A DNA stretch of 64,000 bases from Methanomassiliicoccales archaeon (GTDB taxonomy: Archaea > Thermoplasmatota > Thermoplasmata > Methanomassiliicoccales > UBA472). The notes under the pieces were generated by a model that was not told the DNA's origin, made no database searches, and saw only the letters and a program-made list of their open reading frames with translations. The stretch lies in assembly GCA_035527755.1 (NCBI GenBank), contig DATKZX010000008.1:75186-139185 (forward strand), given 5' to 3'. Position numbers and translations under genes: made by a program. Of the stretch, positions 10,993 to 20,910 are shown one piece after another. The stretch's first letter is position 1; every line of letters begins with the position of its first letter.

Positions 10993-13671
10993 ATGACCGG
11001 CTCAGAGTTCGACCTCCCGTTCTTCCTGGAAAATGGGTTCAAGCGCAGGTGCTGCCCAAAGTGTAATAGGCACTTCTGGAGTCTCGGTGACCGGGAGACA
11101 TGCGGTGAGCCGCCTTGCGAAGAATATACGTTCATAGGCAATTCTCCGATGAACCAAAGTTTTACGCTGCATGAGATGCGCGAGGCCTTCCTGGGGTTCT
11201 TCGAGGAGAACGGACATGGGCGCGTCAAACGCTATCCGATCGTGGCCCGATGGAGGGACGATGTATTCTTCACCCAGGCTTCCATATATGACTTCCAGCC
11301 CTGGGTGCTGAACGGGGTGATCGAGCCACCGTTCAATCCGTTGACCATATCCCAGACCTGTGTACGATTCAACGACATAGACAACGTGGGCAAGACCGGC
11401 CGTCATTTCACCTACTTCGAGATGTGCGCCCACCACGCGTTCAATAAGACTGGTAAGTTCATCTATTTCAAGGACCGCACAGTGGAACTGTGCCATAGGT
11501 TCTTCAGCGAACGATTGGGCACCGACCCCAACAAGATGATCTACATCGAAGAATGGTGGGAGGGGGGCGGAAACGCCGGCCCCTGTGTAGAGGTCATTCT
11601 GGATGGGGTGGAGGTCGCTACCCTGGTGTTCATGATGTACCGGGACACCCCGGACGGCCGCGTGCCCATGGACATGACCGTCGTGGACACCGGTTACGGC
11701 CTGGAACGCATGACCTGGGTATCTCAAGGCGTTTCATCGGCGTATGAGGCGGTCTTCGGACCCGTCGTAGAGTGGTTGAAAGAGCTGACCGCGGTCATGC
11801 CAGACGATAACGTGCTTACGGAGTACAGTAAAGTGGCCGGTGCGACCAACATGAAGACCGCGGCCGATGTACGACGGATCAGGGAAAAGACCGCTGACCG
11901 CATAGGGATCAGTTACGATGAACTGATGAAGACAATATCCCCCCTGGAAGACATCTATGTCATCTGTGATCACTCCAGGGCGCTCATGCTGATGCTCAAT
12001 GATGGTGTCGTTCCCTCTAACGTACGCGAGGGCTATTTCGCCCGCATGCTGGTGCGACGCGCTCTGCGTTCCATTCGCTCCTTGGACCTGGACATCCGTC
12101 TGTCAGAGGCGGTGGGCCGACAGATCGACCATTTCCAAGGTACGTTCCCCGAGCTGGTCGAGAACCGCGATGACATCCTTAACCTGGTTCAGGTGGAGGA
12201 GGACCGCTACTTCGAAACTTTGGGTCGGGGAAAGGGGCTGGTCGGACGTCTGGTCAAAGACCTCAAAAAAGGCGAGAAGCTCTCGGTGGAGAAGCTCATC
12301 GAGCTGTACGACTCCCATGGTCTCAACCCGGAGATAGCCAAGGAATACGCTCCGGAGAAGATCGACGTCCCTGACAATTTCTACATGCAGGTGGCTGCCA
12401 GGCACGAGAAGCCCGAGGGAGCCATCATCATGGCCAAGGACCGGCCGGAATCCATGCCGGAGACCCGCATGCTGTATTACGAGGACCCGGAGCTCACCGA
12501 GTTCGAAGGAACGGTGATCGCGGAGATCGATGGCGGCATCGTCCTCGACCAGACGGCCTTCTATCCCGAGGGTGGAGGCCAGGAATGGGACCTTGGCATA
12601 CTAGACGGAAAAAAGGTGTGCCGGGTCATCAAGATCAAGACCACTGTCGTTCACTTCGTGGAGGGTGGGAATCCTAAAATAGGGGCAAAGGTCAGAGGAA
12701 GCATCGACCTGGAGCGGAGACAACAGCTGATGCGCCATCACACCGCAGCACACCTGATAAACGGCGTTGCCCGCAACCTGTTCGGGAATCACGTATGGCA
12801 GGCCGGGGCGCACAAGGCCGTGGACCAGGCTCGTTTGGACGTCACTCACTATGAGAACCTCGACACCGAGCAGCGCGATATGCTGGAGAAAGAGGTAAAC
12901 CGGGTAGTGCTGAGGGACATCCCCATCAATATACAGTTCATGCAGCGGGACGAGGCCGAGATGAAGCACGGATATCGGTTATATCAGGGAGGGGCGGTCC
13001 CAGGTAAGATCATAAGGGTTGTAGAGGTCGTCGGGCTGGACTCCGAGGCATGTGGCGGACTTCACTGCAGCCACACGGGAATGGTGGGACCGGTCCGTAT
13101 CGCCCGCACCAAGCGCATCCAGGACGGAGTTGTGAGAATAGAATATACTGCGGGTATGGCCGCCATCGCCGGCATGCAAGCGGACAAGGACCTGGTGGAA
13201 GATATGGGTGACATGCTCAACGTTCCGGGGGAGAAGGTGCCGGAGATGGTTCTGAAGCTCGAGGAAGAGATCCGTGAGCATCGTAAAAAGGTAGATCAGC
13301 TGTCCGCAATGATAAACGAGCTAAGCATCCGGGAGCTGGTCGATTCCGCGCCGAAGGTAGGAAATGTGAGGGTGGTGGTCCACGAGGCTCTGCCAGGGGA
13401 GGACCCGGAGGACATGTCTATGAAGTTGGCCGCCCTGCCTTGCACCGTGGCGGTGATCGGGATCCGGGGAGACAAGGCCAAATTGTTGGTGGCCTGCTCC
13501 AAGGACGTCGATCTGGATTGTCGAAAGGCCTTGATGGGCATAATGGCAATAATGGGCGGCGGGGGAGGAGGTAAGCCGGACTTTGCTCAGGGTGGCGGAG
13601 GTGATCCTCTGCGTCTGAAGGACGCATTGGACCAGTCCTTGGACATACTTAGCAAGGAATTGGTCCACTAA
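10993..13671 (+). CDS. alaS: alanine--tRNA ligase (archaeal type)
   Basis: 892-aa ORF. Editing-domain HxxxH (RHHTAAHLING) and CxxxH (EACGGLHCSH). Gly-rich C-terminal DHHA1-type tail. Confidence 0.9.
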   Translation: MTGSEFDLPFFLENGFKRRCCPKCNRHFWSLGDRETCGEPPCEEYTFIGNSPMNQSFTLHEMREAFLGFFEENGHGRVKRYPIVARWRDDVFFTQASIYDFQPWVLNGVIEPPFNPLTISQTCVRFNDIDNVGKTGRHFTYFEMCAHHAFNKTGKFIYFKDRTVELCHRFFSERLGTDPNKMIYIEEWWEGGGNAGPCVEVILDGVEVATLVFMMYRDTPDGRVPMDMTVVDTGYGLERMTWVSQGVSSAYEAVFGPVVEWLKELTAVMPDDNVLTEYSKVAGATNMKTAADVRRIREKTADRIGISYDELMKTISPLEDIYVICDHSRALMLMLNDGVVPSNVREGYFARMLVRRALRSIRSLDLDIRLSEAVGRQIDHFQGTFPELVENRDDILNLVQVEEDRYFETLGRGKGLVGRLVKDLKKGEKLSVEKLIELYDSHGLNPEIAKEYAPEKIDVPDNFYMQVAARHEKPEGAIIMAKDRPESMPETRMLYYEDPELTEFEGTVIAEIDGGIVLDQTAFYPEGGGQEWDLGILDGKKVCRVIKIKTTVVHFVEGGNPKIGAKVRGSIDLERRQQLMRHHTAAHLINGVARNLFGNHVWQAGAHKAVDQARLDVTHYENLDTEQRDMLEKEVNRVVLRDIPINIQFMQRDEAEMKHGYRLYQGGAVPGKIIRVVEVVGLDSEACGGLHCSHTGMVGPVRIARTKRIQDGVVRIEYTAGMAAIAGMQADKDLVEDMGDMLNVPGEKVPEMVLKLEEEIREHRKKVDQLSAMINELSIRELVDSAPKVGNVRVVVHEALPGEDPEDMSMKLAALPCTVAVIGIRGDKAKLLVACSKDVDLDCRKALMGIMAIMGGGGGGKPDFAQGGGGDPLRLKDALDQSLDILSKELVH

Positions 13672-13704
13672 ACCACTTTCCAATGACCACTTTTCTCAAT
13701 AGGG

Positions 13705-13712
13705 TATTTATA
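13705..13712 (+). promoter_or_regulatory. candidate TATA box of the S13-S4-S11-rpoD operon
   Basis: GTATTTATAC. The same decamer occurs at 55086-55095 upstream of rps8e. It lies about 180 nt before the S13 start. Confidence 0.4.
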
Positions 13713-13891
13713 CCTGCTTGGGATTGGCTTGTTTGACAGAATCGATACTGTTGAAGGAGTTCCTCATCAGAGGGATTTGTTCCCGGACCGGTAGCCCTAT
13801 CCGGAGATGGGAACTGCAAGGCACGCGCTTGAGCGTGAGGCGCACTTCGCGAGGGCAAGACTCGATTCGCGATCACCAGCGAGGGATACTC

Positions 13892-14389
13892 TTGGCTGAA
13901 GCGAAGAACACTAAGACTGAAGAGAAGGAGAAGGACGACTTCAGGTACATTGTCCGTATAGTGAACACGGACATTGATGGCAACAAGCCTACTGTGGTCG
14001 GCCTGCAGAGCATTAAAGGCGTTGGAAAGAGAGTGGCCGAGATAGTGGTCAAAAAAGCGGGAGTGGACCGCTCGACCAAGATCGGAGCTGTGGACGAGGC
14101 CAAGGTCGCCGAGCTGACCAATCTCATTTCCACCTATTCCGATTATGTGCCTCATTGGGCATGCAACCGCCAACACGATTACGAGACCGGTGAGGACCAT
14201 CACATTTATGGTACCGAAGTTGACATGGTCTTGAAGGATGACATCAACCGCCTGAAGATGATCAGATGCTACCGGGGAGTACGCCACGAGTCTGGACACA
14301 AGCTCCGCGGCCAGCGCACGAGATCGAACGGCAGGAAGGGATTGACCTTGGGTGTTTCGAAGGTTAAACCCCAGCCGGCGAAGAAGTAA
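13892..14389 (+). CDS. rps13: 30S ribosomal protein S13 (uS13)
   Basis: Conserved core starts at DFRYIVRIVNTDIDGNK. No ATG or GTG lies between it and the junk-like N-terminus of the track ORF. An in-frame TTG at 13892 is preceded by GAGGGA 6 nt upstream, giving MAEAKNTKTEEKEKDDFRY... Confidence 0.85.
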   Translation: MAEAKNTKTEEKEKDDFRYIVRIVNTDIDGNKPTVVGLQSIKGVGKRVAEIVVKKAGVDRSTKIGAVDEAKVAELTNLISTYSDYVPHWACNRQHDYETGEDHHIYGTEVDMVLKDDINRLKMIRCYRGVRHESGHKLRGQRTRSNGRKGLTLGVSKVKPQPAKK

Positions 14390-14401
14390 GGAGGTCTGAA
14401 A

Positions 14402-15088
14402 ATGGGTGATCCTAAATTTCCAAGAAGGAGCTTCGACACTCCATCACACCCCTGGCAAGGGGAGCGCATCAAGGAAGAGGCCATACTGGTCAAGCAGTAC
14501 GGCCTGAAGAACAAGAGGGAACTGTGGAAGGCCAAGACCATCCTCAGGAACCTTCGCAAGCAGTCCCGTGAACTCCAGGCTCGACTGAGGATCGGGGAGC
14601 ACCAGGCTAAGATAGAGACCGAGAACTTGTTGCGCAAGTGCGCCAAGATCGGTCTGCTGCCAATTGACGGCACCAGGCTGGACGACGTGCTGGGTCTTTC
14701 CGACGTAGCCTTGCTGGACCGCCGCCTTCAGACCATGGTCTACCAGAAGGGGTTGGCCTCCACCGTGGGACAGGCTCGCCAGTTCATTGTGCACGGACAC
14801 GTTTGCATCGATGACCAGAAGGTCACTATTCCCGGGTATATCGTCACCCGCAAGGACGAGGAAATGATCATGATGAATCCCCTGTCCCCGATCGCGGACG
14901 ATATGCATCCTCTGAGGCAGGCCCAAAACGAGGCCAACGTGGCCAAGGCTCACAAGGAGGAGGCCGCGGAATTCAAGAAGGAAATGAACGAGAAGAAATT
15001 CGTCAAGCATGTTCCTAAGGATGTAGTGGAAGCCGTCAAGGATGTCGAGGATGTCCCGGCCGAACTTCCGACCGAGGAGGTGGACTGA
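14402..15088 (+). CDS. rps4: 30S ribosomal protein S4 (uS4) with charged C-terminal extension
   Basis: [18 protein letters not shown]... and an S4 RNA-binding domain ([17 protein letters not shown]). About 50 extra Lys/Glu-rich residues at the C-terminus. Confidence 0.9.
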   Translation: MGDPKFPRRSFDTPSHPWQGERIKEEAILVKQYGLKNKRELWKAKTILRNLRKQSRELQARLRIGEHQAKIETENLLRKCAKIGLLPIDGTRLDDVLGLSDVALLDRRLQTMVYQKGLASTVGQARQFIVHGHVCIDDQKVTIPGYIVTRKDEEMIMMNPLSPIADDMHPLRQAQNEANVAKAHKEEAAEFKKEMNEKKFVKHVPKDVVEAVKDVEDVPAELPTEEVD

Positions 15089-15471
15089 TGGGCAAGTGGG
15101 GTATAGCGAACGTATTCGCCAGCTACAACAACATCATAATCACCTTGACCGACGTCACCGGTGCCGAAACCATAACCAAGTGCACTGGTGGCATGGTGGT
15201 CAAGGCGGCCAAGGACGAATCATCCCCCTACGCAGCCATGAGGGCAGCGGAGAGGGTCGCTGAGATAGCCAAGGAAAAGGGGATCGATGGCATACACGTC
15301 AAGGTGCGCGCACCTGGCGGTAACGGGTCCACTTCCCCCGGTCCTGGTGCTCAGGCGGCGATAAGGGCACTGTCCCGCGCCGGGCTAAGGATCGGACGCA
15401 TTGAAGACGTGACTCCCATCCCACACGACGGTACCAAGAAGAAGGGTGGACGCCGGGGTAGAAGGGTGTAA
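15088..15471 (+). CDS. rps11: 30S ribosomal protein S11 (uS11)
   Basis: 127-aa ORF ([18 protein letters not shown]..., [19 protein letters not shown]). Its ATG overlaps the S4 TGA. Confidence 0.9.
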   Translation: MGKWGIANVFASYNNIIITLTDVTGAETITKCTGGMVVKAAKDESSPYAAMRAAERVAEIAKEKGIDGIHVKVRAPGGNGSTSPGPGAQAAIRALSRAGLRIGRIEDVTPIPHDGTKKKGGRRGRRV

Positions 15472-15482
15472 AGGGGCGTTCT

Positions 15483-16319
15483 ATGCACGTCAAGATGTTA
15501 GAGCTGATGGAGACCAGGGCCAAGTTCCTGATCACCGACGCCAGCCCGGAGAAGGTCAACGCCCTCCGCAGGGCTTTGATGATGGACCTGCCCAAGATGG
15601 CCATCGACGACGTGGAGTTCCTACTTGGTTCCATCCGGGACGAGGAAGGGAACGAATACGAGAGCGTCAGCCCGGTCTTCGATGAGATCGTGGCTCATCG
15701 TCTCGGATTAGTACCCATCCCCACCGATCTGGAGCTTTTCGGCTTCAGGGACCAATGCTCCTGCGGCGGCGAAGGCTGCCCCAACTGTACCATCATGTAC
15801 AAGCTGGAAAAGCGCGGTCCATGCGAAGTGTACTCCGGGGACCTGGATTCCCTGGGTGGCGACGCCTACCGGCCTAATGACGAGCTTATCCCCATTGTCC
15901 GTTTGGGTGAGAGGCAGGGCATATTGGCCTATGCCACCGCTGAACTGGGCATCGGGCGCAAGCACGCCAAGTGGCAGGCGACTCACGGAGTGGGTTACAA
16001 ATATTATCCCACCGTGACCATCGATCAGGACAAGTGCGACAACGGTGGAAGCTGCATCAAGGTCTGCCCCAAGCAGGTGATGAGCTTCAAGGACCGCAAT
16101 GTCCAGGTGATCGACAACGATGCCTGCGTTTTGTGCGGAGATTGCATCAAGGTCTGCCGCACCAACGCCATCTCCGTCGAAGGTTCGGAGGAATCGTTCC
16201 TGTTCGAGTTCGAGACCGATGGGTCCTTGAGCGCCCAGGTGGCTTTGGCTAAGGCTCTGGAATCATTGGAGAACACCTTCGATGAGTTCAGAGAAAAGAT
16301 CGCTTCTCTGGAGATCTAA
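15483..16319 (+). CDS. rpoD: DNA-directed RNA polymerase subunit D (Rpo3) with ferredoxin-like Cys-cluster domain
   Basis: 278-aa ORF in the canonical position after S11. Two Cys motifs: CDNGGSCIKVCP and CVLCGDCIKVC. Confidence 0.85.
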   Translation: MHVKMLELMETRAKFLITDASPEKVNALRRALMMDLPKMAIDDVEFLLGSIRDEEGNEYESVSPVFDEIVAHRLGLVPIPTDLELFGFRDQCSCGGEGCPNCTIMYKLEKRGPCEVYSGDLDSLGGDAYRPNDELIPIVRLGERQGILAYATAELGIGRKHAKWQATHGVGYKYYPTVTIDQDKCDNGGSCIKVCPKQVMSFKDRNVQVIDNDACVLCGDCIKVCRTNAISVEGSEESFLFEFETDGSLSAQVALAKALESLENTFDEFREKIASLEI

Positions 16320-16333
16320 AACCACATGATCAA

Positions 16334-16367
16334 GGTGGCCGTCAGGCCACCACCATTCCATTTTTTC
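16334..16367 (+). terminator. hairpin plus T-tract between convergent rpoD and polD genes
   Basis: GGTGGCC-GTCA-GGCCACC is a perfect 7-bp stem (16334-16351). It is followed by TTTTTT at 16361-16366. Confidence 0.55.
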
Positions 16368-16405
16368 TGCAATTAAAGATACTGACAGACAGGGACTCGA
16401 CAGGA

Positions 16406-19400
16406 TCAGAAATCTTCCAGTTTCGAGGTCGCCTTGACCGTACTGGCCTCGGTCTCCTCCGGTGGTCTCAGCTCAACAACTGTCGTCACCACTTCCCCAC
16501 CGTCCTCACTGAACAGGTCCAGGGTGGTATTGCTATTTCCTGCATCCTCCTCCCCTTTCTCACCGAATATGGAAGTGATGGAGCCCTCGATCAATCGTAT
16601 GCGTTGCTGTGTGTACTCCGAAACCCCATAATCTCGACCGATCTTGCTTGTGACGTTCAGGTACTTCTTTACGCTGGCCTCATAGACGGTAAGGTTCAAT
16701 TTATGGCCACAGTAGCAATGCCCGCTCAATGGCACCCGACGGTAGCTTTCGCCGCATTTGGTGCAGCGAAACTTCTGTCCTGAGAAGCTCTTCAGGTTGC
16801 CAATGAGGTCTGGAAGAAAATGTTTGGTGATGACCCTATGGACCACATCGGACTCGTCTACAGCCCGCAATCTTTTTGCCAGTTCGACCTGGGCGGTCAT
16901 CTTGTCCATCATGCTATCCAAGGTCTTGTACGCCGATTCCGCGGGACCTTCGGCAATGTCCATGGTGTCATGGGTCATGCCGAATCCTTCGTACTGCAGC
17001 AGGGACTTGATGCGATCGGAGACCATGTCCATCACCCCCTGTACCTCCCGTGGGTGGCGAAACTCCACGCTGGCGCGGTAGAACTCCAGGGGGTATTCCC
17101 AATGGACATCGATGTTCTGGGCCTCCTTGTCCACTTCGTTCGGGTCCAGGCGAATGGCCAAGACCAAGGGGGCGTCCATCAGACCACCGCGACCCTTTGG
17201 TAGGTAAGAGCGGGAGAAATTGAGCAGACCGTCCATGAGGAGCATGACACTATCCTCATCACCATCGGCATTACGCCTTTTAGCCGCATGAAAGAACGGG
17301 TGTCCGAAGCAAACGCTGGCCCGGGTGAATCCGATGATGCGGCAGAGTATCCCTCCCGATGTGTGAGGGGCGAGTCCGATGCCAAGATGACCGACGATAT
17401 CCTCTTTGGTCAGTGCGTTGTAATACCTGGGCATGCTGTAGAACCTCTCCAGCAGGTCGTCCAAAAATCCGGCAACCCTCACCAGGAATTCCCCGCAGGA
17501 GATCGATGGCACTATGTCCTGCACCTTCAGCTCGCAGAGCTGCTCAGGATCATTCAAGGGTTGGTCGAACACATCCCTTTCGTATCCGAGCTGGTGGGCC
17601 TTCTCCACGCTCAACCCGATCTCACGAGGTCGAAAATGTGTAAGAGGTATGTCCGTCAGGTCGAAACGGATGGTGCCGTCCTTGTTGACGTAGATCTCAT
17701 ATTTCCTCCGCAAGATCCCCTTCTCCAAAGGTTCTGGGCAACAGTCCTTAGATTGGAGCTCTCGCACCCCTTTGAACTTGGGCAGTATGGAACGCTCTCC
17801 CAAAATCCGTTTGGCCTTCTCCAGTTCTTCCTTCACATTCACAGGGACCACTTGAGGCGCGCCCACCGAGACGGTGTGTCCGCCGCAGGGGCATCGGTAA
17901 TACACTCGGAACTCTCCGCATTGCTGGCATTTCCTGACCCCCAGCTTGACGGTGACATTGTCCTTTTCAGCAGCTTTTTCCATGAGGCGCTGATTTCCGC
18001 CGGAGAGACCAATCGGGAAGATGGTGTGCGAAGGGGTCTTCATCCCCCGGTCCTTGGCCTTTTCAGGTCTGGCCATGCGGGAGCCTATGCGGGTCACCGA
18101 ACGGGGATTGACCTTAACCCCGGTGCATCGGGAAACAGCATCCATCACCGTCTCACCTTCCAAGATCGTCTGGTCGGAAATTCCGTCCGTTCCTAACAAT
18201 CCCAGGCCGGCCAGCAAAGGTTTGGCATATCTCTCCAATTGCACTTCCCCTTCCCGAACCACGTGTAGCGCCCCCAGAAGTTCCAGGGAGCGTTTGGGGG
18301 TTAGGTCCAGTGGGATATGCAGCAACGTGCCATCCCAGGTCCCGTTCTCCAGAACGAACGTACGCAGGGCCAGCAGTTCCGCCATTGGAAGATCGTACCA
18401 GAAGAGATTGAATTTAGGATGTAGCGGGACACCGAACTTTAACGAGGTGGCCAAGGCCTCATCGAAGTCCCGCGGGTCCTCCCAACCGGGGGGCAGCTCT
18501 CCTTCGTTAGCACCCCTAAGCTCCGCGCGGTGCCACTCGATGTCATAATCCCCGGGTACAAGCACATGGTTGTTCTCCACGAACTCCCCGAAAGGCAGTA
18601 GTATCTGCCCCACGTCAATGATCTCCTCTACCCTTCCCTTGAACGGCAGAAATTCCTGCACCGTGTTAGTTTGGACCAGATCTCCATTCTCCAGCAGCAG
18701 TATCGGTCCTTCAAGACGATCGCAAGGGGTCACCGCCCCAGCCTTTCCAGGCCTTTCGATCTTGATCTGGGTGCCGATCGCCAAAAAATCATCCAGGGCG
18801 AACATGGTGGCTGGACTGATAGCGATGGCCGCCAGACCGGTGGTCCTTCCTCTTCCGTATCTAAGTCTGAAACCACCCGGACGCGAGGGGTGGCCTATCA
18901 CCGGTCTTCCGGCCACGATATCCTTGAGATACTTGTAATCGGGGGATATCTTGCCCTCCTTCCCCTCCTTCCCCTCGCCCTTCTTCATCCTGATATAATC
19001 GCCCAGGAAGTCCCATCCTTCCAGGCCTAGTTTTTTGACGTGCTTCTCCAGCTTGGGGGCTTTGAGGCAAAGGCCTTCGGCGATCACCAAGCACACCCCA
19101 CCACGAACGCAGTTGGTCTCGATCCGAGGAAGATTGCGGTAGCCGGAGATCTCCTGGTCCTCGGTTCTTTCCCCGTCCACACACACCGGGCAGTGGCGGT
19201 AGATGATCTCGATCTCCTCGTTGTTAGGAGTGTACTGCAGATGCTGGCATTGTCTGTAAAGAGGGATCTCCTCCTTCAAACGCTCCACCTCGCCGTGCGT
19301 TGGATGATACACTCCGATACCAAACTCCCTACGCACCACGTCAGCTATGAGCACGCTCATGGCCTGACCGGTGCCTCCGGCAGCCCTTATAGGGCCGTTG

Positions 19401-19816
19401 AAGAACAATGAAAGATACTCGGAACCGTCATCGTTCTGGTTGATCTTGACCCCAGCGATGCCGACGATAGGTGCCACCAGGATCCCCTCGGTGAGAACCG
19501 ATAGTCCGACGCGCACAGCGCGTTCAATGGCCATCTCCCTGCCTTCCTGGGCGGTGACAGCTTCCCGGGCCAGTTCCTTGGCGATGAAAAGTGACACCTC
19601 TTCCCGGCTCTCGATGCGGCGGGATATCTCCCTAATACGCTCCGCCACGCCTTCAACATGCCAGTCAGAAAGCTGTTTTTCTACCCGGTCTGCTAGGTCC
19701 TCGGCCTGTGGGATCTCTACCTCAAGACTAGGGTCCAGTCCTTTGGACCGGGCCTCAACGGCCATGGAGTAGCAGCGCTCGTTCTCTCGAAAGAGCTCGG
19801 AAAAATAATGGCGCAT
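16406..19816 (-). CDS. polC: DNA polymerase II (PolD) large subunit DP2
   Basis: ORF of more than 1130 aa with the typical N-terminus MRHYFSELF...EARSKGLDP..EIPQAEDLADRVE and Zn-finger motifs (CQQCGE..CPCGG; CTKCGESY..CYCGHKL). The track start at 19858 is a TTG. ATG 19816 is preferred because a TATA-like run lies at about 19868-19878. Confidence 0.88.
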   Translation of the reverse strand: MRHYFSELFRENERCYSMAVEARSKGLDPSLEVEIPQAEDLADRVEKQLSDWHVEGVAERIREISRRIESREEVSLFIAKELAREAVTAQEGREMAIERAVRVGLSVLTEGILVAPIVGIAGVKINQNDDGSEYLSLFFNGPIRAAGGTGQAMSVLIADVVRREFGIGVYHPTHGEVERLKEEIPLYRQCQHLQYTPNNEEIEIIYRHCPVCVDGERTEDQEISGYRNLPRIETNCVRGGVCLVIAEGLCLKAPKLEKHVKKLGLEGWDFLGDYIRMKKGEGKEGKEGKISPDYKYLKDIVAGRPVIGHPSRPGGFRLRYGRGRTTGLAAIAISPATMFALDDFLAIGTQIKIERPGKAGAVTPCDRLEGPILLLENGDLVQTNTVQEFLPFKGRVEEIIDVGQILLPFGEFVENNHVLVPGDYDIEWHRAELRGANEGELPPGWEDPRDFDEALATSLKFGVPLHPKFNLFWYDLPMAELLALRTFVLENGTWDGTLLHIPLDLTPKRSLELLGALHVVREGEVQLERYAKPLLAGLGLLGTDGISDQTILEGETVMDAVSRCTGVKVNPRSVTRIGSRMARPEKAKDRGMKTPSHTIFPIGLSGGNQRLMEKAAEKDNVTVKLGVRKCQQCGEFRVYYRCPCGGHTVSVGAPQVVPVNVKEELEKAKRILGERSILPKFKGVRELQSKDCCPEPLEKGILRRKYEIYVNKDGTIRFDLTDIPLTHFRPREIGLSVEKAHQLGYERDVFDQPLNDPEQLCELKVQDIVPSISCGEFLVRVAGFLDDLLERFYSMPRYYNALTKEDIVGHLGIGLAPHTSGGILCRIIGFTRASVCFGHPFFHAAKRRNADGDEDSVMLLMDGLLNFSRSYLPKGRGGLMDAPLVLAIRLDPNEVDKEAQNIDVHWEYPLEFYRASVEFRHPREVQGVMDMVSDRIKSLLQYEGFGMTHDTMDIAEGPAESAYKTLDSMMDKMTAQVELAKRLRAVDESDVVHRVITKHFLPDLIGNLKSFSGQKFRCTKCGESYRRVPLSGHCYCGHKLNLTVYEASVKKYLNVTSKIGRDYGVSEYTQQRIRLIEGSITSIFGEKGEEDAGNSNTTLDLFSEDGGEVVTTVVELRPPEETEASTVKATSKLEDF

Positions 19817-19890
19817 TGACTTGCTGCACGCCAATTCTTGCAAGGGCACCCCGTTCAACTTAAGGAGAGGGAAAAATAAAACATTTGCCC

Positions 19891-20877
19891 TCAGAACATT
19901 GGCTCTGGTTTTTCAAGGTGCTTGATGGAATCAAGTAAGGCGGTCATCACTTCTTCGACCCCTTGACCGGTGGCCGCGCTCATCTTGAGCCGGTCTGAGC
20001 CGGAGTCCAGGATGTCCAACTTGTTCTCCACGATCAGGATGGGAAGATCTGGGAAGGTGATCCGCACCGATTCCAGCAGCTTCATCTGGCTTTCCATGTG
20101 ATAACCGCAGGTCTCCGTAGGATCAAGGATGAACAATATGGCGTTAGCCAGGTGCTTCAAGGCAGTGATGGCCTGCATCTCGATACGGTTGCGTTCCACC
20201 AGCTCTCGGTCCAGAAGGCCGGGGGTGTCGATCACCTGATAGCGGCGTGTTCCTACCTGATGCATACCGACCGCGATCCCCTTGGTGGTGAACGGATAGG
20301 GAGCCACCTCTGGCTCGGCAGCGGATATCTTTGATAGGAACTGGCTCTTTCCCACGTTGGGAAAGCCGGCGATGACCAAGGTGAGAAATTCGTCGTTGAA
20401 GTCCGGCACCTTACGGAACTCGTTTCGAGCAAATGTAAGGAACTCCAGATCGGGCGATACCTTTTTTACGACCGATGAAGCGCGGCCGTAGAAGGCCTTG
20501 CGAAAAGTATCGGCAGATTGCACCGATGAGGAGGTCATGACCTTGCTGGTATACTGTTTCTGCAGTTCTTTGACCTTGCCCGCCGCCCAATCTAGGTTGG
20601 ACAAGGATTTCTTCAGTTTGTCCACCCCCACGGTGACCTCGATCATCTCGGCCAGGAAATCGTCCCTGTTGTTGATGCTTGGGAAGACCTTGACATACTT
20701 GTGCAATGTCGACGAGATCACGTCCGTCGCGGAAGCTATTCGAGCCATGGACTTGCGCTTGACCATGTCCGTCTTGACAGGACCTTCCTTGTCAATCTTG
20801 TTCAACTTACGGAAGGCCTTATCTAAGATCTCCTCCGAAGTGAGAATGGTGGGAATGCGTTTCCTGAGATTGTGCAC
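19891..20877 (-). CDS. NOG1-family GTPase
   Basis: G1 GFPNVGKS, G3 DTPG, G4 NKLD. NOG1-type helical N-terminal domain. Start (GTG 20877) is uncertain. A TTTTATAAA TATA-like box (minus-strand reading; plus-strand TTTATAAAA) lies about 25 nt upstream. Confidence 0.75.
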   Translation of the reverse strand: MHNLRKRIPTILTSEEILDKAFRKLNKIDKEGPVKTDMVKRKSMARIASATDVISSTLHKYVKVFPSINNRDDFLAEMIEVTVGVDKLKKSLSNLDWAAGKVKELQKQYTSKVMTSSSVQSADTFRKAFYGRASSVVKKVSPDLEFLTFARNEFRKVPDFNDEFLTLVIAGFPNVGKSQFLSKISAAEPEVAPYPFTTKGIAVGMHQVGTRRYQVIDTPGLLDRELVERNRIEMQAITALKHLANAILFILDPTETCGYHMESQMKLLESVRITFPDLPILIVENKLDILDSGSDRLKMSAATGQGVEEVMTALLDSIKHLEKPEPMF

Positions 20878-20910
20878 GATTCGTCACAAAGTAAAGGTAG
20901 TTTATAAAAT

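Noticed and set aside
11002-11727. 241-aa minus-strand ORF inside alaS (also 12103-12405, 12601-12969, 12979-13281, 13321-13683)
   Set aside because: Antisense to a strongly conserved aminoacyl-tRNA synthetase. His/Gly/Val-rich low-complexity translations typical of shadow frames.
13718-13891. N-terminal 58 codons of the track ORF for S13
   Set aside because: The translation (MGLACLTESILLKEFLIRGICSRTGSPIRRW...) has no counterpart in uS13 and covers hairpin-forming sequence. TTG 13892 with a Shine-Dalgarno sequence fits much better.
13649-14299. 216-aa minus-strand ORF across the alaS/rps13 junction
   Set aside because: It spans an intergenic promoter region and the antisense of rps13. No motifs, and composition typical of antisense translation.
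17288-18196. 302-aa plus-strand ORF (and about 10 others at 16434-19772) inside the PolD large-subunit gene
   Set aside because: All are antisense or off-frame relative to a 1136-aa conserved gene. No independent signals.
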